Below are positions 9,051 through 18,917 of a stretch of 64,000 nucleotides of DNA, piece after piece (positions within the stretch are counted from its first letter, which is position 1; each line of letters opens with the position of its first letter). The translations under genes and the position numbers were made by a program. Location: positions 65,955-129,954 of the forward strand of contig JBBROA010000001.1 in NCBI GenBank assembly GCA_038229875.1, read 5' to 3'. Source of the DNA: Thermoanaerobaculia bacterium. Lineage in GTDB: Bacteria; Acidobacteriota; Thermoanaerobaculia; UBA5066; Gp7-AA6. Below the pieces are notes generated by a model that saw nothing but the letters and a program-made list of their open reading frames with translations, made no database searches and was not told the DNA's origin.

Positions 9051-9818
9051 ATGGAGAAAAAGTTCGAGTACCGGGGTGACCTCGCGGTCACGCCGCTCGC
9101 CGAGATCCTCGCGACGATTCACCGCTATCGCGTTCCCGGAGTGATCACGGCGTCGCGCGAGGGGCGCGTCCGGCGGATCTACCTCGATGACGGACTGGTC
9201 GTGTTTGCGACCTCGAACGAGCGGGAGATCAGCCTTGGTTTTTATTTATTGAAGCGCGGGCTCCTGAAGCCCGAAGCGGCGAAGGAGGCGGAGGAGCGCA
9301 GGACCCGGGAAGGGCTGCGCCTCGGCCAGGTGCTCCTCCAGATGGGGTTCTTAACGCCCGAGAAGCTGAACGAAGCCGTGGACGGGCAGATCCGCGAGAT
9401 CCTCTGGGGCGCGTTCGAATGGGAAACGGGCGACGTGCTCTTCGAGATCGGCGGCAAGAGGACGGGCGAGCTCGTGCGTATCGACGCCCCCATTCCGCTC
9501 GTGATTCTCGAAGGCGTCCGGCGGTCCGCGGACGTCCGCCGCCTGATCCTGAGGCTTGGGAGCTCCAATACTGTCCTCGAGCGGACGCGCAACTCGTTGA
9601 TCGATCTATTCACCGGTCCCGAGCGCCAGTACTACGAGGCGATCGACGGCAAGACGCCGCTCCAGCACCTGGCGAAGCGTGGTGCGGGGAGCGTCTCCGA
9701 GAACGCGCGGATCCTCTACGCCTTCTTCTGCCTCGGGCTCGTGCGCAAGGTGCGGGGCTCGGGCGCGGGCGCGCGGCGGATCCAGTACAAGACCGAGGGC
9801 GGGTCGCTCGGGAGTTAG
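9051..9818 (+). CDS. DUF4388 (PATAN-like) domain protein
   Basis: MEKKFEYRGDLAVTPLAEILATIHRYRVPGVITASREGRVRRIYLDDGLVVFATSN.. is the typical DUF4388 N-terminus. Start moved to ATG 9051. Confidence 0.7.
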   Translation: MEKKFEYRGDLAVTPLAEILATIHRYRVPGVITASREGRVRRIYLDDGLVVFATSNEREISLGFYLLKRGLLKPEAAKEAEERRTREGLRLGQVLLQMGFLTPEKLNEAVDGQIREILWGAFEWETGDVLFEIGGKRTGELVRIDAPIPLVILEGVRRSADVRRLILRLGSSNTVLERTRNSLIDLFTGPERQYYEAIDGKTPLQHLAKRGAGSVSENARILYAFFCLGLVRKVRGSGAGARRIQYKTEGGSLGS

Positions 9819-9829
9819 ACTCCACTCGC

Positions 9830-10234
9830 ATGCCGATTTACGAGTACGTCTGTCAGAAGTGCGGCCGAAAGACCGAGGTCATCCAGAGCCACTCGGACCC
9901 CCCGCCGAAGAGGTGCCCGCACTGCGGCGGCGCGGTGAAAAAGGCGTTCTCCGCCCCGGCCATCCAGTTCAAGGGGAGCGGTTTCTACATCACCGACTAC
10001 GGGAAGGGCGATTCCGGCGCCGCGAACAAGGGTGGCGAGGGCTCGGACAAGTCGGAACGGGCGGAAAAGACGGAGAAGTCGGACAAGGCCGAAAAGTCCG
10101 AAGCCGCCGGCAAGTCCGAGTCCGCGGGGAACTCGGAGAAGGCCGACAAGGGGTCGAAGAAAGACTCTCCCGCCCCGGCGAAGAGCGACTCGAAAGGCGA
10201 GAAGAAGAGCACGGCGCGAAAAGCAGGCGACTGA
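9830..10234 (+). CDS. FmdB-family zinc-ribbon protein with K/E/S-rich tail
   Basis: MPIYEYVCQKCGRKTEVIQSHSDPPPKRCPHCGG.. (CxxC..CxxC). In frame inside track ORF 9419..10234. Confidence 0.85.
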   Translation: MPIYEYVCQKCGRKTEVIQSHSDPPPKRCPHCGGAVKKAFSAPAIQFKGSGFYITDYGKGDSGAANKGGEGSDKSERAEKTEKSDKAEKSEAAGKSESAGNSEKADKGSKKDSPAPAKSDSKGEKKSTARKAGD

Positions 10235-10257
10235 GGCGCTACCGATTTCTTCAGACC

Positions 10258-10311
10258 AGTGGACCGCGAAGTACCGCGGCCGTCTCGCTCCCGGTGGTCG
10301 CCCGGCTCCCG
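10258..10311 (+). repeat. 54-bp dispersed intergenic repeat, copy A
   Basis: AGTGGACCGCGAAGTACCGCGGCCGTCTCGCTCCCGGTGGTCGCCCGGCTCCCG matches copy B (24602-24655) at 48/54 positions in the same orientation. It contains a CCGCG/CGCGG stem. Confidence 0.85.
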
Positions 10312-10314
10312 GCT

Positions 10315-11181
10315 CTAGAGTTTCAACCCCCGCAGATACTCGCGAAACGGGGGGCCGAGGTCCGTCCGCGACAGCGCGATCTCGACCGTCGCCTTCAGAA
10401 ATCCCAGCTTATCTCCGGCGTCGTAGCGCGTCCCTTCGAAGAGATACCCGTCGATCGGCCTCTTCGCGAGGAGCGCCTTCAGGCCCGACGTCAGCTGGAT
10501 CTCGCCGCCGACGTCCGAGCGCGTGGCCTCCAGGATTCCGAAGATTTCGGGGGGCAGCAGGTACCGTCCGATGATCGCGAGGTTGCTGGGCGCCTTGTCC
10601 GCGGGAGGCTTCTCGACCATGTCGGAGAGCGCCACCACCCGGTCCTCGACCCGTTCGCCGGCGACGATCCCGTACTGGTGCGTCTGCGACGCCGGGACTT
10701 CCTGCAGGGCGATCACCGGATTCCCGCGCCGTTCGTAGAGCCGGATCATCTGGCCGATGCAGGGGTCGTCCGCGACCACGATGTCGTCGGAGAGCAGAAC
10801 GGCGAACGGCTCGTTTCCGACGAGATCCCGTGCCTGGAGGACCGCGTGGCCGAGGCCCAGCGCCTGCGCCTGGCGCACGGAGGAGATCCGCGCCAGGGAG
10901 GAGACCTCGCGCACCTGCCGCAGAAGATCTTTCTTGCCGCGCTCCTCGAGCGCCCGCTCGAGCTCGAACGAGAGGTCGAAGTGGTCCTCGAGCGAGCTCT
11001 TCCCGCGGCTGGTGACGAGAACGATTCGCTCGATGCCCGCCTCGACCGCTTCCTCGACCACGTACTGCACGAGCGGCTTGTCGACCAGCGGCAGCATTTC
11101 CTTCGGCTGCGACTTCGTCGCGGGGAGAAAGCGCGTGCCGAGGCCGGCGGCGGGAAACACGGCGACGTGGACGGAGCTCAT
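10315..11181 (-). CDS. galU: UTP--glucose-1-phosphate uridylyltransferase
   Basis: AVFPAAGLGTRFLPATKSQPKEMLPLVDKPLVQYVVEEA.. signature N-terminus. Confidence 0.92.
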   Translation of the reverse strand: MSSVHVAVFPAAGLGTRFLPATKSQPKEMLPLVDKPLVQYVVEEAVEAGIERIVLVTSRGKSSLEDHFDLSFELERALEERGKKDLLRQVREVSSLARISSVRQAQALGLGHAVLQARDLVGNEPFAVLLSDDIVVADDPCIGQMIRLYERRGNPVIALQEVPASQTHQYGIVAGERVEDRVVALSDMVEKPPADKAPSNLAIIGRYLLPPEIFGILEATRSDVGGEIQLTSGLKALLAKRPIDGYLFEGTRYDAGDKLGFLKATVEIALSRTDLGPPFREYLRGLKL

Positions 11182-11240
11182 CGGGCCAGGAAGGTATCAG
11201 GGAGGGACGGTAATCGGAAATCGGCCCGAAGTCGCGTAAA

Positions 11241-12152
11241 ATGATGAGTTCGATGAGCAGCGACGCAGCGTTCTTCCGGCAACTCACCTCCGAGCTCGAA
11301 GCCCGGGGCCGGCTCGCGCTTGCCACGGTGACGGAGACCCGGGGCTCCGGGCCCTCCCGGGTCGGCCGCCGCTTCCTGGTTTTCGAAGACGGCAGCTTCT
11401 CAGGGACGATCGGCGGCGGTCCCTTCGAAGCGCTGGTGATCGCTGACGCGGCGGCGCTGTTCCGCGAGGAGTCCGGTCCGGGCCGCTTTCTCAAGTGGTA
11501 CGACTTCTTCGAGAGAGAAATCGCTCCGGGCCAGGACCGCGAGATGACGAACATGATCTGCGGAGGCTCTGCGCGCGTCTCAGTCGAGGTACTCCGGGCA
11601 GCGCCGTCGCTCGTCATTCTGGGCGGCGGCCACGTTGGCCTGGCGCTTGCTCGCCTTGCTCTTCCATTGGGCTACCAGGTCACCGTCGCCGACGACCGCG
11701 AGGAATATTCGCGTCCCGGGCGCTTCCCGGCCGAGGCCGCGGTCGTGCGGACCGGGCGCGACTACTCTCTGCCGGGTGAAGCGGTTCTCCCCGGGCGCGA
11801 ACGGTACGTGGCGGTCGTCTCCCGCTGCTGGGAGAGCGATCTCGCCGCGCTGCGCCCGTGGCTCGCCGAGGGGGCGCCGCAGGCTCGTTACCTGGGGCTG
11901 ATCGGCTCCTCGCGGAAGGTGCGGGGCGTGTTCGAGAAACTGTCTGAGGAAGGCGTGCCCTCGGAGACGCTTTCCCGGATCCACGCTCCGATCGGGCTTT
12001 CGATCGGGGCCGTCACACCCGAGGAGATCGCGATCGCGATCCTCGCCGAGATGATTGCGGTGCGCCGCGGCGCGGCGGAGAAGGAGAAGACGTCCCGCCG
12101 TCCTGCCGAAGCCGGTGCGTCCCGCGGGCGGCGGGAGGATCCATCCGCTTGA
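11241..12152 (+). CDS. XdhC/CoxI-family accessory protein
   Basis: N-terminal XdhC_CoxI region (LATVTETRGSGPSRVG..) and a Rossmann-like region, VILGGGHVGLALARLA..VTVADDRE. Confidence 0.8.
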   Translation: MMSSMSSDAAFFRQLTSELEARGRLALATVTETRGSGPSRVGRRFLVFEDGSFSGTIGGGPFEALVIADAAALFREESGPGRFLKWYDFFEREIAPGQDREMTNMICGGSARVSVEVLRAAPSLVILGGGHVGLALARLALPLGYQVTVADDREEYSRPGRFPAEAAVVRTGRDYSLPGEAVLPGRERYVAVVSRCWESDLAALRPWLAEGAPQARYLGLIGSSRKVRGVFEKLSEEGVPSETLSRIHAPIGLSIGAVTPEEIAIAILAEMIAVRRGAAEKEKTSRRPAEAGASRGRREDPSA

Positions 12153-13921
12153 GTCCACTCCGGGCATTGCGATTCGGTCTCGTGAGCGCCGTTCTCCTCT
12201 TCGCGCTTTCGCCTGCCGGCGTCGCCGCGACCTGGTGGCGCCTGCCGGTCTGGGGAGCCGAGGTGCGAGTGCTGACAGCCGACCCGTTCGACAGCCGCAC
12301 CGTCTATTGCGGCACCTCCCGCGGCAACTTCTACGGGTCCGAGGACGGCGGGGCGACGTGGAAGTCTCTCCGATCGGGCCCGGCGTTCCCCGGGTACGTC
12401 GTCACCGGTCTCGTCGCCGACCACGCGGCGCCGGGGCGCCTGTGGGCGTCACTCGCGGGGCAGTACGCCGGCGGGATCGTCGCGCGCAGCGATGACAAGG
12501 GGGAAAACTGGACGATCCTCGCGATCTGGAAGACCGTCGTCGCGACGCGCGCTCTCGCTCTCTCTCCAGAAGAGACGACCCCGCGCCTCCTCGCCGTCGG
12601 CGGCGATGACGGCGTCCATCTCTCGCGCGACGGCGGCGCCACGTGGGTCCACACGGGCGAGGGTACGGAGGGACTGTTCCAGGTCGAGTCCCTCGCCTTC
12701 GATCCGCGCGACGCCCGCACCCTCTACGCCGGAACCTGGCGGCAGGCGTTCCGGACCCGCGACGGCGGCGCGACGTGGGCGCGCATCGCGGAGGGGATGG
12801 TCCTGGACGCCACGGTTTACGCGTGGGACTTCGACGCGGCGAACACGAAGGACGTCTGGGTTTCGACCTGCGGCTGGGTCTACCGGACCCGCGACGGCGG
12901 CGACCGCTGGACGCGATTCAAGAACGGGTTCACGAATCGCCGCTCGCACACGATCCGCCGCGACCCGAACCGGCCCGGGGTCGTCTACGCCGCCACCGTC
13001 GGGGGCCTGCATCGGTCGCTCGACGACGGCGAGACGTGGGCACGCGTCTCCCGTGAGTCGCTCGTCGTCACCGCGCTCGAAATCGACCGCCGCTCGGGCC
13101 GGCTCTACGTGGGCACCGAGGGAGAGGGCGTGTTCTACTCCGACGACGGGGCCGTGACTCTCAAGAGCGGCTCGGTCGGGCTCGCGGAAGGCCGCGTGTC
13201 CGATCTCGTGGCCGACCCGAACGATCCCACCCGGATGCTGTTCTTCCGCGCGTACGGCGGCGACGAAAGCGGGGTCTGGGAGGCGCAGGGCATGCGCGTG
13301 CGCCGCGTCTCGCGCGACCCGCTGCCCGCCGCCGCGTCGCTCGCGGCGTTCCGCGACGGCGACGGGAAGACCGTCCTCGTCCTTTCGTCGTCTTCCGGGG
13401 TCCGGATTTCCAGAGACGGCGGGGCGCGGTGGGCAGCGCCGGCGCCGCCGCCTCCCGGCGTCCCTCTCTCGCTCTTCGGCCAGCCGTTTGTCGCGCCCGT
13501 GCTCGTCACTTCCGCCGGCGTCTTCAAGATGGCCGAGGGCGGCCGCGGGTTCCACCCGATTTCCGGGTCGCCCTCCGCGCCGATCGGCGCCGAGCTTCTG
13601 CAGGACGCGGGCGGGGCGCCGATCCTCGAGGTCCGAACGGCGGACGGGCTCTTCCGGTGGAACGGCCAGAGTTGGAACAATCGCAAGCAGGGCGTACTCA
13701 AGGGCGGCATGTTCCTGCAGGGCGGCGCCGCGACCGGACCCGCGCCGCAGTACAGCTCCCTCGAGGACAAGGAAGGCACGCTCGTCTGGGAAGAGGGCGG
13801 CAGGCGGGTCGCGTTGACGAGCCCGCGCCCCGGCCTGGCTCTCGCGACCGCGGCTTCGGCTCCCGGCGGGCGTCTCTACGTCGGCACGACCGGAGACGGG
13901 CTTTTTCTCTTCGAACCCTGA
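12149..13921 (+). CDS. Secreted BNR/Asp-box repeat (beta-propeller) protein
   Basis: Signal peptide plus seven SxDxGxTW-type boxes (SEDGGATW, SDDKGENW, SRDGGATW, TRDGGATW, TRDGGDRW, SLDDGETW, SRDGGARW). TTGA overlap with the xdhC-like stop. Confidence 0.8.
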   Translation: MSPLRALRFGLVSAVLLFALSPAGVAATWWRLPVWGAEVRVLTADPFDSRTVYCGTSRGNFYGSEDGGATWKSLRSGPAFPGYVVTGLVADHAAPGRLWASLAGQYAGGIVARSDDKGENWTILAIWKTVVATRALALSPEETTPRLLAVGGDDGVHLSRDGGATWVHTGEGTEGLFQVESLAFDPRDARTLYAGTWRQAFRTRDGGATWARIAEGMVLDATVYAWDFDAANTKDVWVSTCGWVYRTRDGGDRWTRFKNGFTNRRSHTIRRDPNRPGVVYAATVGGLHRSLDDGETWARVSRESLVVTALEIDRRSGRLYVGTEGEGVFYSDDGAVTLKSGSVGLAEGRVSDLVADPNDPTRMLFFRAYGGDESGVWEAQGMRVRRVSRDPLPAAASLAAFRDGDGKTVLVLSSSSGVRISRDGGARWAAPAPPPPGVPLSLFGQPFVAPVLVTSAGVFKMAEGGRGFHPISGSPSAPIGAELLQDAGGAPILEVRTADGLFRWNGQSWNNRKQGVLKGGMFLQGGAATGPAPQYSSLEDKEGTLVWEEGGRRVALTSPRPGLALATAASAPGGRLYVGTTGDGLFLFEP

Positions 13922-13946
13922 GAAAAAGCTGTGAGCTGAGAGCTCG

Positions 13947-14462
13947 TCACTTCACGTTCAGGAACCGAAGCGTCGCTCCCGCCGTGATCTTCTCCCGTGC
14001 CGCCAGCCCGCCCGCGATCTCGAGGACGCTCGAGGCCGGAGCTTCGGGCCCATAGTTGTCACAAGGGTCGGCCTTGCAGGGCGGCGTGCCGGCGTTGACG
14101 AAGAGCACCTTTCCGTTCGCGTCGAGCCAGATCATGTCGAGCGGGATCATGGTGTTCTTCATCCAGAACTTGTGCACGCCCGCGTCGGGAAACAGAAAAA
14201 GCATCCCGCTCTTTTCGGGCAGGCTCTCCCGGTACATGAGGCCCTGCGCCTGCTCCTCGGGAGTCTTCGCGAGCTCCAGCCGATAGACCGAGCCGGACGG
14301 GAACTGGACGCGAGGGCCCGCGGCGACCGAGACCGGGGAGGGAGAGACGGACCCGGCGGAAGCCGCGGGCCCGCCCGCGCGCTGGCACCCGACGACGGCG
14401 GCGGCGCCGGCGATCGAAGACGCCAGCGCCAGGAGGAGGGCGGGTGTGGCGCCCGCTCTCAT
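13947..14462 (-). CDS. DUF192 domain protein (secreted)
   Basis: ..GLMYRESLPEKSGMLFLFPDAGVHKFWMKNTMIPLDMIWLD.. is the DUF192 core. Start at ATG 14462 overlaps the pilR-like stop (ATGA). The upstream part of ORF 13947..14819 is an artefact. Confidence 0.8.
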   Translation of the reverse strand: MRAGATPALLLALASSIAGAAAVVGCQRAGGPAASAGSVSPSPVSVAAGPRVQFPSGSVYRLELAKTPEEQAQGLMYRESLPEKSGMLFLFPDAGVHKFWMKNTMIPLDMIWLDANGKVLFVNAGTPPCKADPCDNYGPEAPASSVLEIAGGLAAREKITAGATLRFLNVK

Positions 14463-15886
14463 GGCGCTTCGACTTCCGCCGGCTCTCCTCCCTCTTCGTA
14501 GAGGTCTTCCTTGCGGACCAGGTTGTACTTCTTCGCGTAGTAGCGGAAAGAGCGGAAGGACATTCGCAGGAGCTCGGCCGCCTTGGTCTGCACGCCTTCC
14601 GAGCGGTCGAGCGCCTCCCGCATCAGGCGTTTTCCAACGGCCTCGAGATACGCCTCGAGATTGATCCCCTCGGCGGGCAGGCTCTCGAAATCGGGGACGC
14701 GGGTGCGCACTCCGAGTGCGATCGACTCGGGCAGGCTCGACGCGGTGATCACGGGCCCGGCCTCGAGAGCGACCGTTCGCTCGAGCGTGTTCTCGAGCTC
14801 CCGGACGTTTCCCGGCCACGGGTACGCTTCGAGCAGCCGCATCGCTTCGGTCGAGATCTTTTTCTCCGGGATCTTCTGCTCCTTGCAGACCTTCACGATG
14901 AAATGTGAGGTCAGGGGAGCGATGTCCTCGACGCGCGACCGCAGCGACGGAAGGACGATCGGGATCACGTTGATCCGGTAGAAGAGGTCCTCGCGGAACT
15001 TCCCTTCGCTGACGAGCTCGGTCAGGTCCTTGTTCGTCGCCGCGATGATTCGCACGTCGACGCTCGTTTCCTCGTTGCCGCCGACTTTGCGGATGACCTT
15101 CTCCTGGATCGCGCGCAGGAGCTTCACCTGCATCGTCGGAGTGGTCTCGGAGATCTCGTCCAAGAAGAGCGTCCCGTTGTCCGCTTCGGTGAACAACCCG
15201 CGCTTCTCCTTCACCGCGCCCGTAAAGGCGCCGCGCTCGTGCCCGAACAGCTCGGATTCGAGGAGTGTTTCGGGCAGCGCACCGCAGTTAATGGAAACGA
15301 ATTTCCTCTCCTTCCGGATCGACGTGTAATGGATCGCCCGCGCGATGAGCTCTTTTCCGGTCCCGCTCTCGCCGGTTAAGAGCACCGTCGAGGAGACTTT
15401 TCCGATCCGTTCGACGGTCCGGAAGATCTCCTGCATTCGCGAGCCCTTCCCGATGATGTTCGCGAAGGTGTACTTGGCGGCGAGCTCCTGCTTGAGATAC
15501 ACGTTTTCGTCGTGGAGCGCCTTTTCTCCGAGCGCGCGATCCACGATCATCGCGAGCTCTTCGACGTTGAACGGCTTGGCGATGTAGTCGACGGCGCCGG
15601 CCTTCATCGCTTCGATCGCGTCCGAGGTGGAGGTGTGGGCCGTGATCATGATGACCGGAGTCTTCGGGTTCTCCGCCTTGACCTTCCGCAGCAGGTCGAG
15701 CCCGTTGCCATCGGGCATCTTGATGTCGGAGAGGATCAGGTCCGGATTCGAGCGCGCGGCGCCCGCGGTGCCCTCCGCGAAGGAGGACGCGGTGATCACC
15801 TCGAAGCCCCGCTTGTGGAAGAAGATCGCCAGCATGTCGCGGATCGAGGACTCGTCGTCGACGATCAGAAGGCGCGGACCGCTCAT
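14459..15886 (-). CDS. pilR: Sigma-54-dependent response regulator (NtrC family, PilR-like)
   Basis: Receiver domain (LLIVDDE..LILSDIKMPDG), AAA+ domain with GESGTGKE and GAFTGA (ESELFGHERGAFTGAV), and a C-terminal HTH. Start ATG 15886 overlaps the kinase stop. Confidence 0.85.
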   Translation of the reverse strand: MSGPRLLIVDDESSIRDMLAIFFHKRGFEVITASSFAEGTAGAARSNPDLILSDIKMPDGNGLDLLRKVKAENPKTPVIMITAHTSTSDAIEAMKAGAVDYIAKPFNVEELAMIVDRALGEKALHDENVYLKQELAAKYTFANIIGKGSRMQEIFRTVERIGKVSSTVLLTGESGTGKELIARAIHYTSIRKERKFVSINCGALPETLLESELFGHERGAFTGAVKEKRGLFTEADNGTLFLDEISETTPTMQVKLLRAIQEKVIRKVGGNEETSVDVRIIAATNKDLTELVSEGKFREDLFYRINVIPIVLPSLRSRVEDIAPLTSHFIVKVCKEQKIPEKKISTEAMRLLEAYPWPGNVRELENTLERTVALEAGPVITASSLPESIALGVRTRVPDFESLPAEGINLEAYLEAVGKRLMREALDRSEGVQTKAAELLRMSFRSFRYYAKKYNLVRKEDLYEEGGEPAEVEAP

Positions 15887-17589
15887 GCGGTTCCCGTGCG
15901 GCCGTCGCGTGCGGGCCACGGGTCGATGAGCGGAGCGGCGATGGAAGGCCGGTCGGCAGGCGGGGTTGCGGTGGCGCGACGCGGCAGGAGCACGGTCACG
16001 GTCGTGCCTTCCCCGGGGATCGATTCGGCATCAATGGCGCCTCCATGGTCTTCCACGATTCTTCGGACAATCGCCATTCCAAGGCCCGTCCCTCCGTCAA
16101 ACGCCGTCGAAAACGGCGTGAACAGACGGGCGAGCTCTTCTTCACTCATACCCCGGCCGGTGTCGATGAATCGGATGCTATACCAGGCATCTTCTTCCCG
16201 ACCGACGACGCGCAGGCTGCCGCCCGCGGCCATCGCGCGCACCGCGTTCTTCGCGACGTTGTACACGATTTGCCGGATCTGATCGCGGTCGCCCGAGAGC
16301 TGCGAGGACGCGGGGAAGACTTCCACCTCGATCCGATGGCCGTCGGAGACCTCGTCCGAGAGCCGGAACAGGTCCATGACTTCGGCCAGATTCACCGCAA
16401 TGTCGAACTCGGCGACACGCCGCTCCTGAGGGCGCACGAAGCGCAGAAAGTCTTCCAGGATCTTGGAGAGGCGGTTCGACTCCGAAACGATGATCTCCAT
16501 CAGCCGCTTCTCGGCGGAACCGACGGAGAGGTCCTTCGAGAGCACCTGCACGGAGCCGGAGATCGACGCCAGCGGGTTGCGGATCTCGTGCGCGATGCCC
16601 GCCGCAAGCTCGCCGACGGCCGCGAGCTGCTCGTTGAAGCGAGCGCGCCGCTCGAGCTTCTTGATCTCGGTCAGGTCCTGGAAGAGGATCAAAGTTCCCT
16701 CTTCCTCGCCTGCGGATTCCTTCAGCACGCGCAGCGAGAACCCGACGACGCGGCGCGCGTTCTGCCGGTCGATCTCGACTTCTCCGCGGTACGTCTCGCG
16801 CCCGCGGGCGCGGCTGCGGATCTCCGTCCATTCGTCCGGAAAGACGAATCCGAAGTCGGAGATGGGCATCCCCGGGGCCGCCGCCGGGTCGATCCCGAGC
16901 AGGTCGCCTCCCGCGCGGTTCAAAAACGTGATGCGCTGGTCGGCGTCCGTGGTCATGAGCCCGGAGGACATGGTCGCGATCACGTTTCCGTGAAGGCTCT
17001 GAAGGCGCTGCAACGCGCGTTGCCGCAGCTCGAGCTCGACTTTCGCCGCGAGGAGCTTCTCGGACAGGTAGGAAACCATGAACGCGACGCCGTAAAAGCC
17101 CGCGACCGTGATGGCGAGGTTGAAGCGGATGCGGGCCGTGCTCCACTCCGAAACGGGGGCGAGCGGCGGGGGAGGGAGCACCCCGTAGGCCATGAGCTGC
17201 ACCATCCCGCCGTAGAGGATCGCGGCTACGGTCGCGATGGTGACGGCGCCCTTCCGGTACAGGAGAAAGCCGCACGCGCCGATGACGACGAGATAGAGGA
17301 AGTTGAAAACGGAGTCGGGGCCGCCCGAGGAGTAGACGAGGACGGTCGCGATGGCGACGTCGGCAAGGAGCTGGATGTAAGCGGAAACCCGGGGCGGGAG
17401 GCGCCTTCCGAGCGTCCAGTGAAAGAGCGCGAGCAGTACGGACGCCGCCGTGAGCGCGTAAAGGAACGTGATCTCGATGTGGATCCCGGCGCCGGCCTGG
17501 ACCAGGATCGCGGAGAGCAGGATCAGGCAGAGAACGACGATCCGGATCGTCGTCAGCCAGCCGGTGGACCTCCTGAGGGAATCAGGCAC
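15883..17589 (-). CDS. pilS: Sensor histidine kinase with polytopic N-terminal domain (PilS-like)
   Basis: About six N-terminal TM helices, a PAS-like region, H-box AAGIAHEIRNPL, and an HATPase region (DTGRGM, GTGLGMAIV). Positioned between pilC and pilR as in pilBTCSR clusters. Confidence 0.7.
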   Translation of the reverse strand: MPDSLRRSTGWLTTIRIVVLCLILLSAILVQAGAGIHIEITFLYALTAASVLLALFHWTLGRRLPPRVSAYIQLLADVAIATVLVYSSGGPDSVFNFLYLVVIGACGFLLYRKGAVTIATVAAILYGGMVQLMAYGVLPPPPLAPVSEWSTARIRFNLAITVAGFYGVAFMVSYLSEKLLAAKVELELRQRALQRLQSLHGNVIATMSSGLMTTDADQRITFLNRAGGDLLGIDPAAAPGMPISDFGFVFPDEWTEIRSRARGRETYRGEVEIDRQNARRVVGFSLRVLKESAGEEEGTLILFQDLTEIKKLERRARFNEQLAAVGELAAGIAHEIRNPLASISGSVQVLSKDLSVGSAEKRLMEIIVSESNRLSKILEDFLRFVRPQERRVAEFDIAVNLAEVMDLFRLSDEVSDGHRIEVEVFPASSQLSGDRDQIRQIVYNVAKNAVRAMAAGGSLRVVGREEDAWYSIRFIDTGRGMSEEELARLFTPFSTAFDGGTGLGMAIVRRIVEDHGGAIDAESIPGEGTTVTVLLPRRATATPPADRPSIAAPLIDPWPARDGRTGTA

Positions 17590-17612
17590 GCGTTAGCCGG
17601 GGACGGGCAAAC

Positions 17613-17677
17613 GGCGAATGGCGAGGGCGGGTGAGATTCTGCCTGCGCCTTTCGCCCTTCGCCTCACGCCATTCGAC
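17613..17677. repeat. Inverted pair of period-7 tracts forming a hairpin between pilC and pilS
   Basis: Left arm GGCGAATGGCGAGGGCGGGTGAG. Right arm CTGCGCC TTTCGCC CTTCGCC TCACGCC ATTCGAC. CGAATGGCG (17615-23) pairs perfectly with CGCCATTCG (17667-75). Probably an intercistronic terminator or processing hairpin. Confidence 0.65.
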
Positions 17678-17692
17678 GGAACCGGGAGCTCT

Positions 17693-18895
17693 TCACCCGA
17701 TCTTGTTGATGAGGGTGAACATCGGCAGGTACATCGCGATGACGATGCCGCCGATGATGATCCCGAGGATGAAAATCATGACGGGCTCGAGGAGCTTGAC
17801 GAGCCCGGCGACCGCGGCATCCACCTCGTCCTCGTAGAAGTCGCCGATCTTGTTCAGCATCTGGTCGAGGGCGCCGGTCTGCTCGCCGACTCCGATCATC
17901 TGGACGACCATGTTCGGGAAGATCCCCGCGTCGCGCAGCGGCTCGACGATTGTCTTGCCGCCCTCAACGGCCTTCCGGACTTCCTGGATCGCGTCCTCGA
18001 CGATCGCGTTGCCCGAGGTCCGGGCGGTGATGTCGAGTGCTTCCAGGATCGGAACGCCCGAAGAGGTCAGCGTCGCGAGCGTCCGGCAGAAACGTGCGAC
18101 GGCGATTTTCTTCATGATCATGCCGAGCACCGGCAGCTTCAGGACGAACCCGTCAATGACGCGCCGCCCCCGGTGGGTCGCGTAGTACCGCTTGAAGAGG
18201 TAGATGAAGGCGGCGATGCCGATCAGGAAGAAGATGAAGTAGCGGGCCAGAAAGTTCGAGGCGAGTATGACCATGCGGGTCGGGAACGGGAGCTCGGCCC
18301 CGAGGCTCGTGAAAAGGGCGGCGAACGTCGGAATGACCTTCAGCAGGATGACGGCGACCACGATCATCGCGATCACGATGACGGCGACCGGGTAGATCAG
18401 CGCCGACTTGACCTGCGAGGAGAGCTTGACCGACTTTTCGATGTAGACCGAGAGGCGCTGCAGGATCGTGTCGAGAATACCGCCCGCCTCGCCGGCGGCG
18501 ATCATGTTCACGTACAGGTTGTTGAACGCCTTCGGGTGACGGCGCATCGCGTCGGCGAGCGTCGACCCGGCCTCGACGTCCTGCCGGACCTGCAGGAGGA
18601 TGCGCTGGAAATTCTTGTGCTCCTGCTGGTTCGCGAGGATCTCGATGCACTGCACCAGCGGAAGACCGGCGTCGATCATGACCGAGAACTGGCGGGTGAA
18701 AACCGCGAGCGTTTTCGGCGGGACCTTGCGGCCGACCTTGGTGAGAGAGATCTCCTTGCCGCGCTCCCGGATGCCGGTGACGACGATGTTCTGGCGCCGC
18801 AGCGAGGCGAGCGCGACGTCCTTCGTATCGGCGGCGAGCACGCCCTCCTGGACCAGCCCGGTGCGGTTTCGGCCCTTCCAGACGTAATTCGGCAT
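17693..18895 (-). CDS. pilC: Type IV pilus platform protein (GspF/PilC family)
   Basis: 400 aa with duplicated T2SS_F domains (..TRQFSVMIDAGLPLVQCIEIL.., ..CRTLATLTSSGVPILEALDI..). Confidence 0.9.
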   Translation of the reverse strand: MPNYVWKGRNRTGLVQEGVLAADTKDVALASLRRQNIVVTGIRERGKEISLTKVGRKVPPKTLAVFTRQFSVMIDAGLPLVQCIEILANQQEHKNFQRILLQVRQDVEAGSTLADAMRRHPKAFNNLYVNMIAAGEAGGILDTILQRLSVYIEKSVKLSSQVKSALIYPVAVIVIAMIVVAVILLKVIPTFAALFTSLGAELPFPTRMVILASNFLARYFIFFLIGIAAFIYLFKRYYATHRGRRVIDGFVLKLPVLGMIMKKIAVARFCRTLATLTSSGVPILEALDITARTSGNAIVEDAIQEVRKAVEGGKTIVEPLRDAGIFPNMVVQMIGVGEQTGALDQMLNKIGDFYEDEVDAAVAGLVKLLEPVMIFILGIIIGGIVIAMYLPMFTLINKIG

Positions 18896-18917
18896 GATCG
18901 GCTCCTTGCCTACCTGC

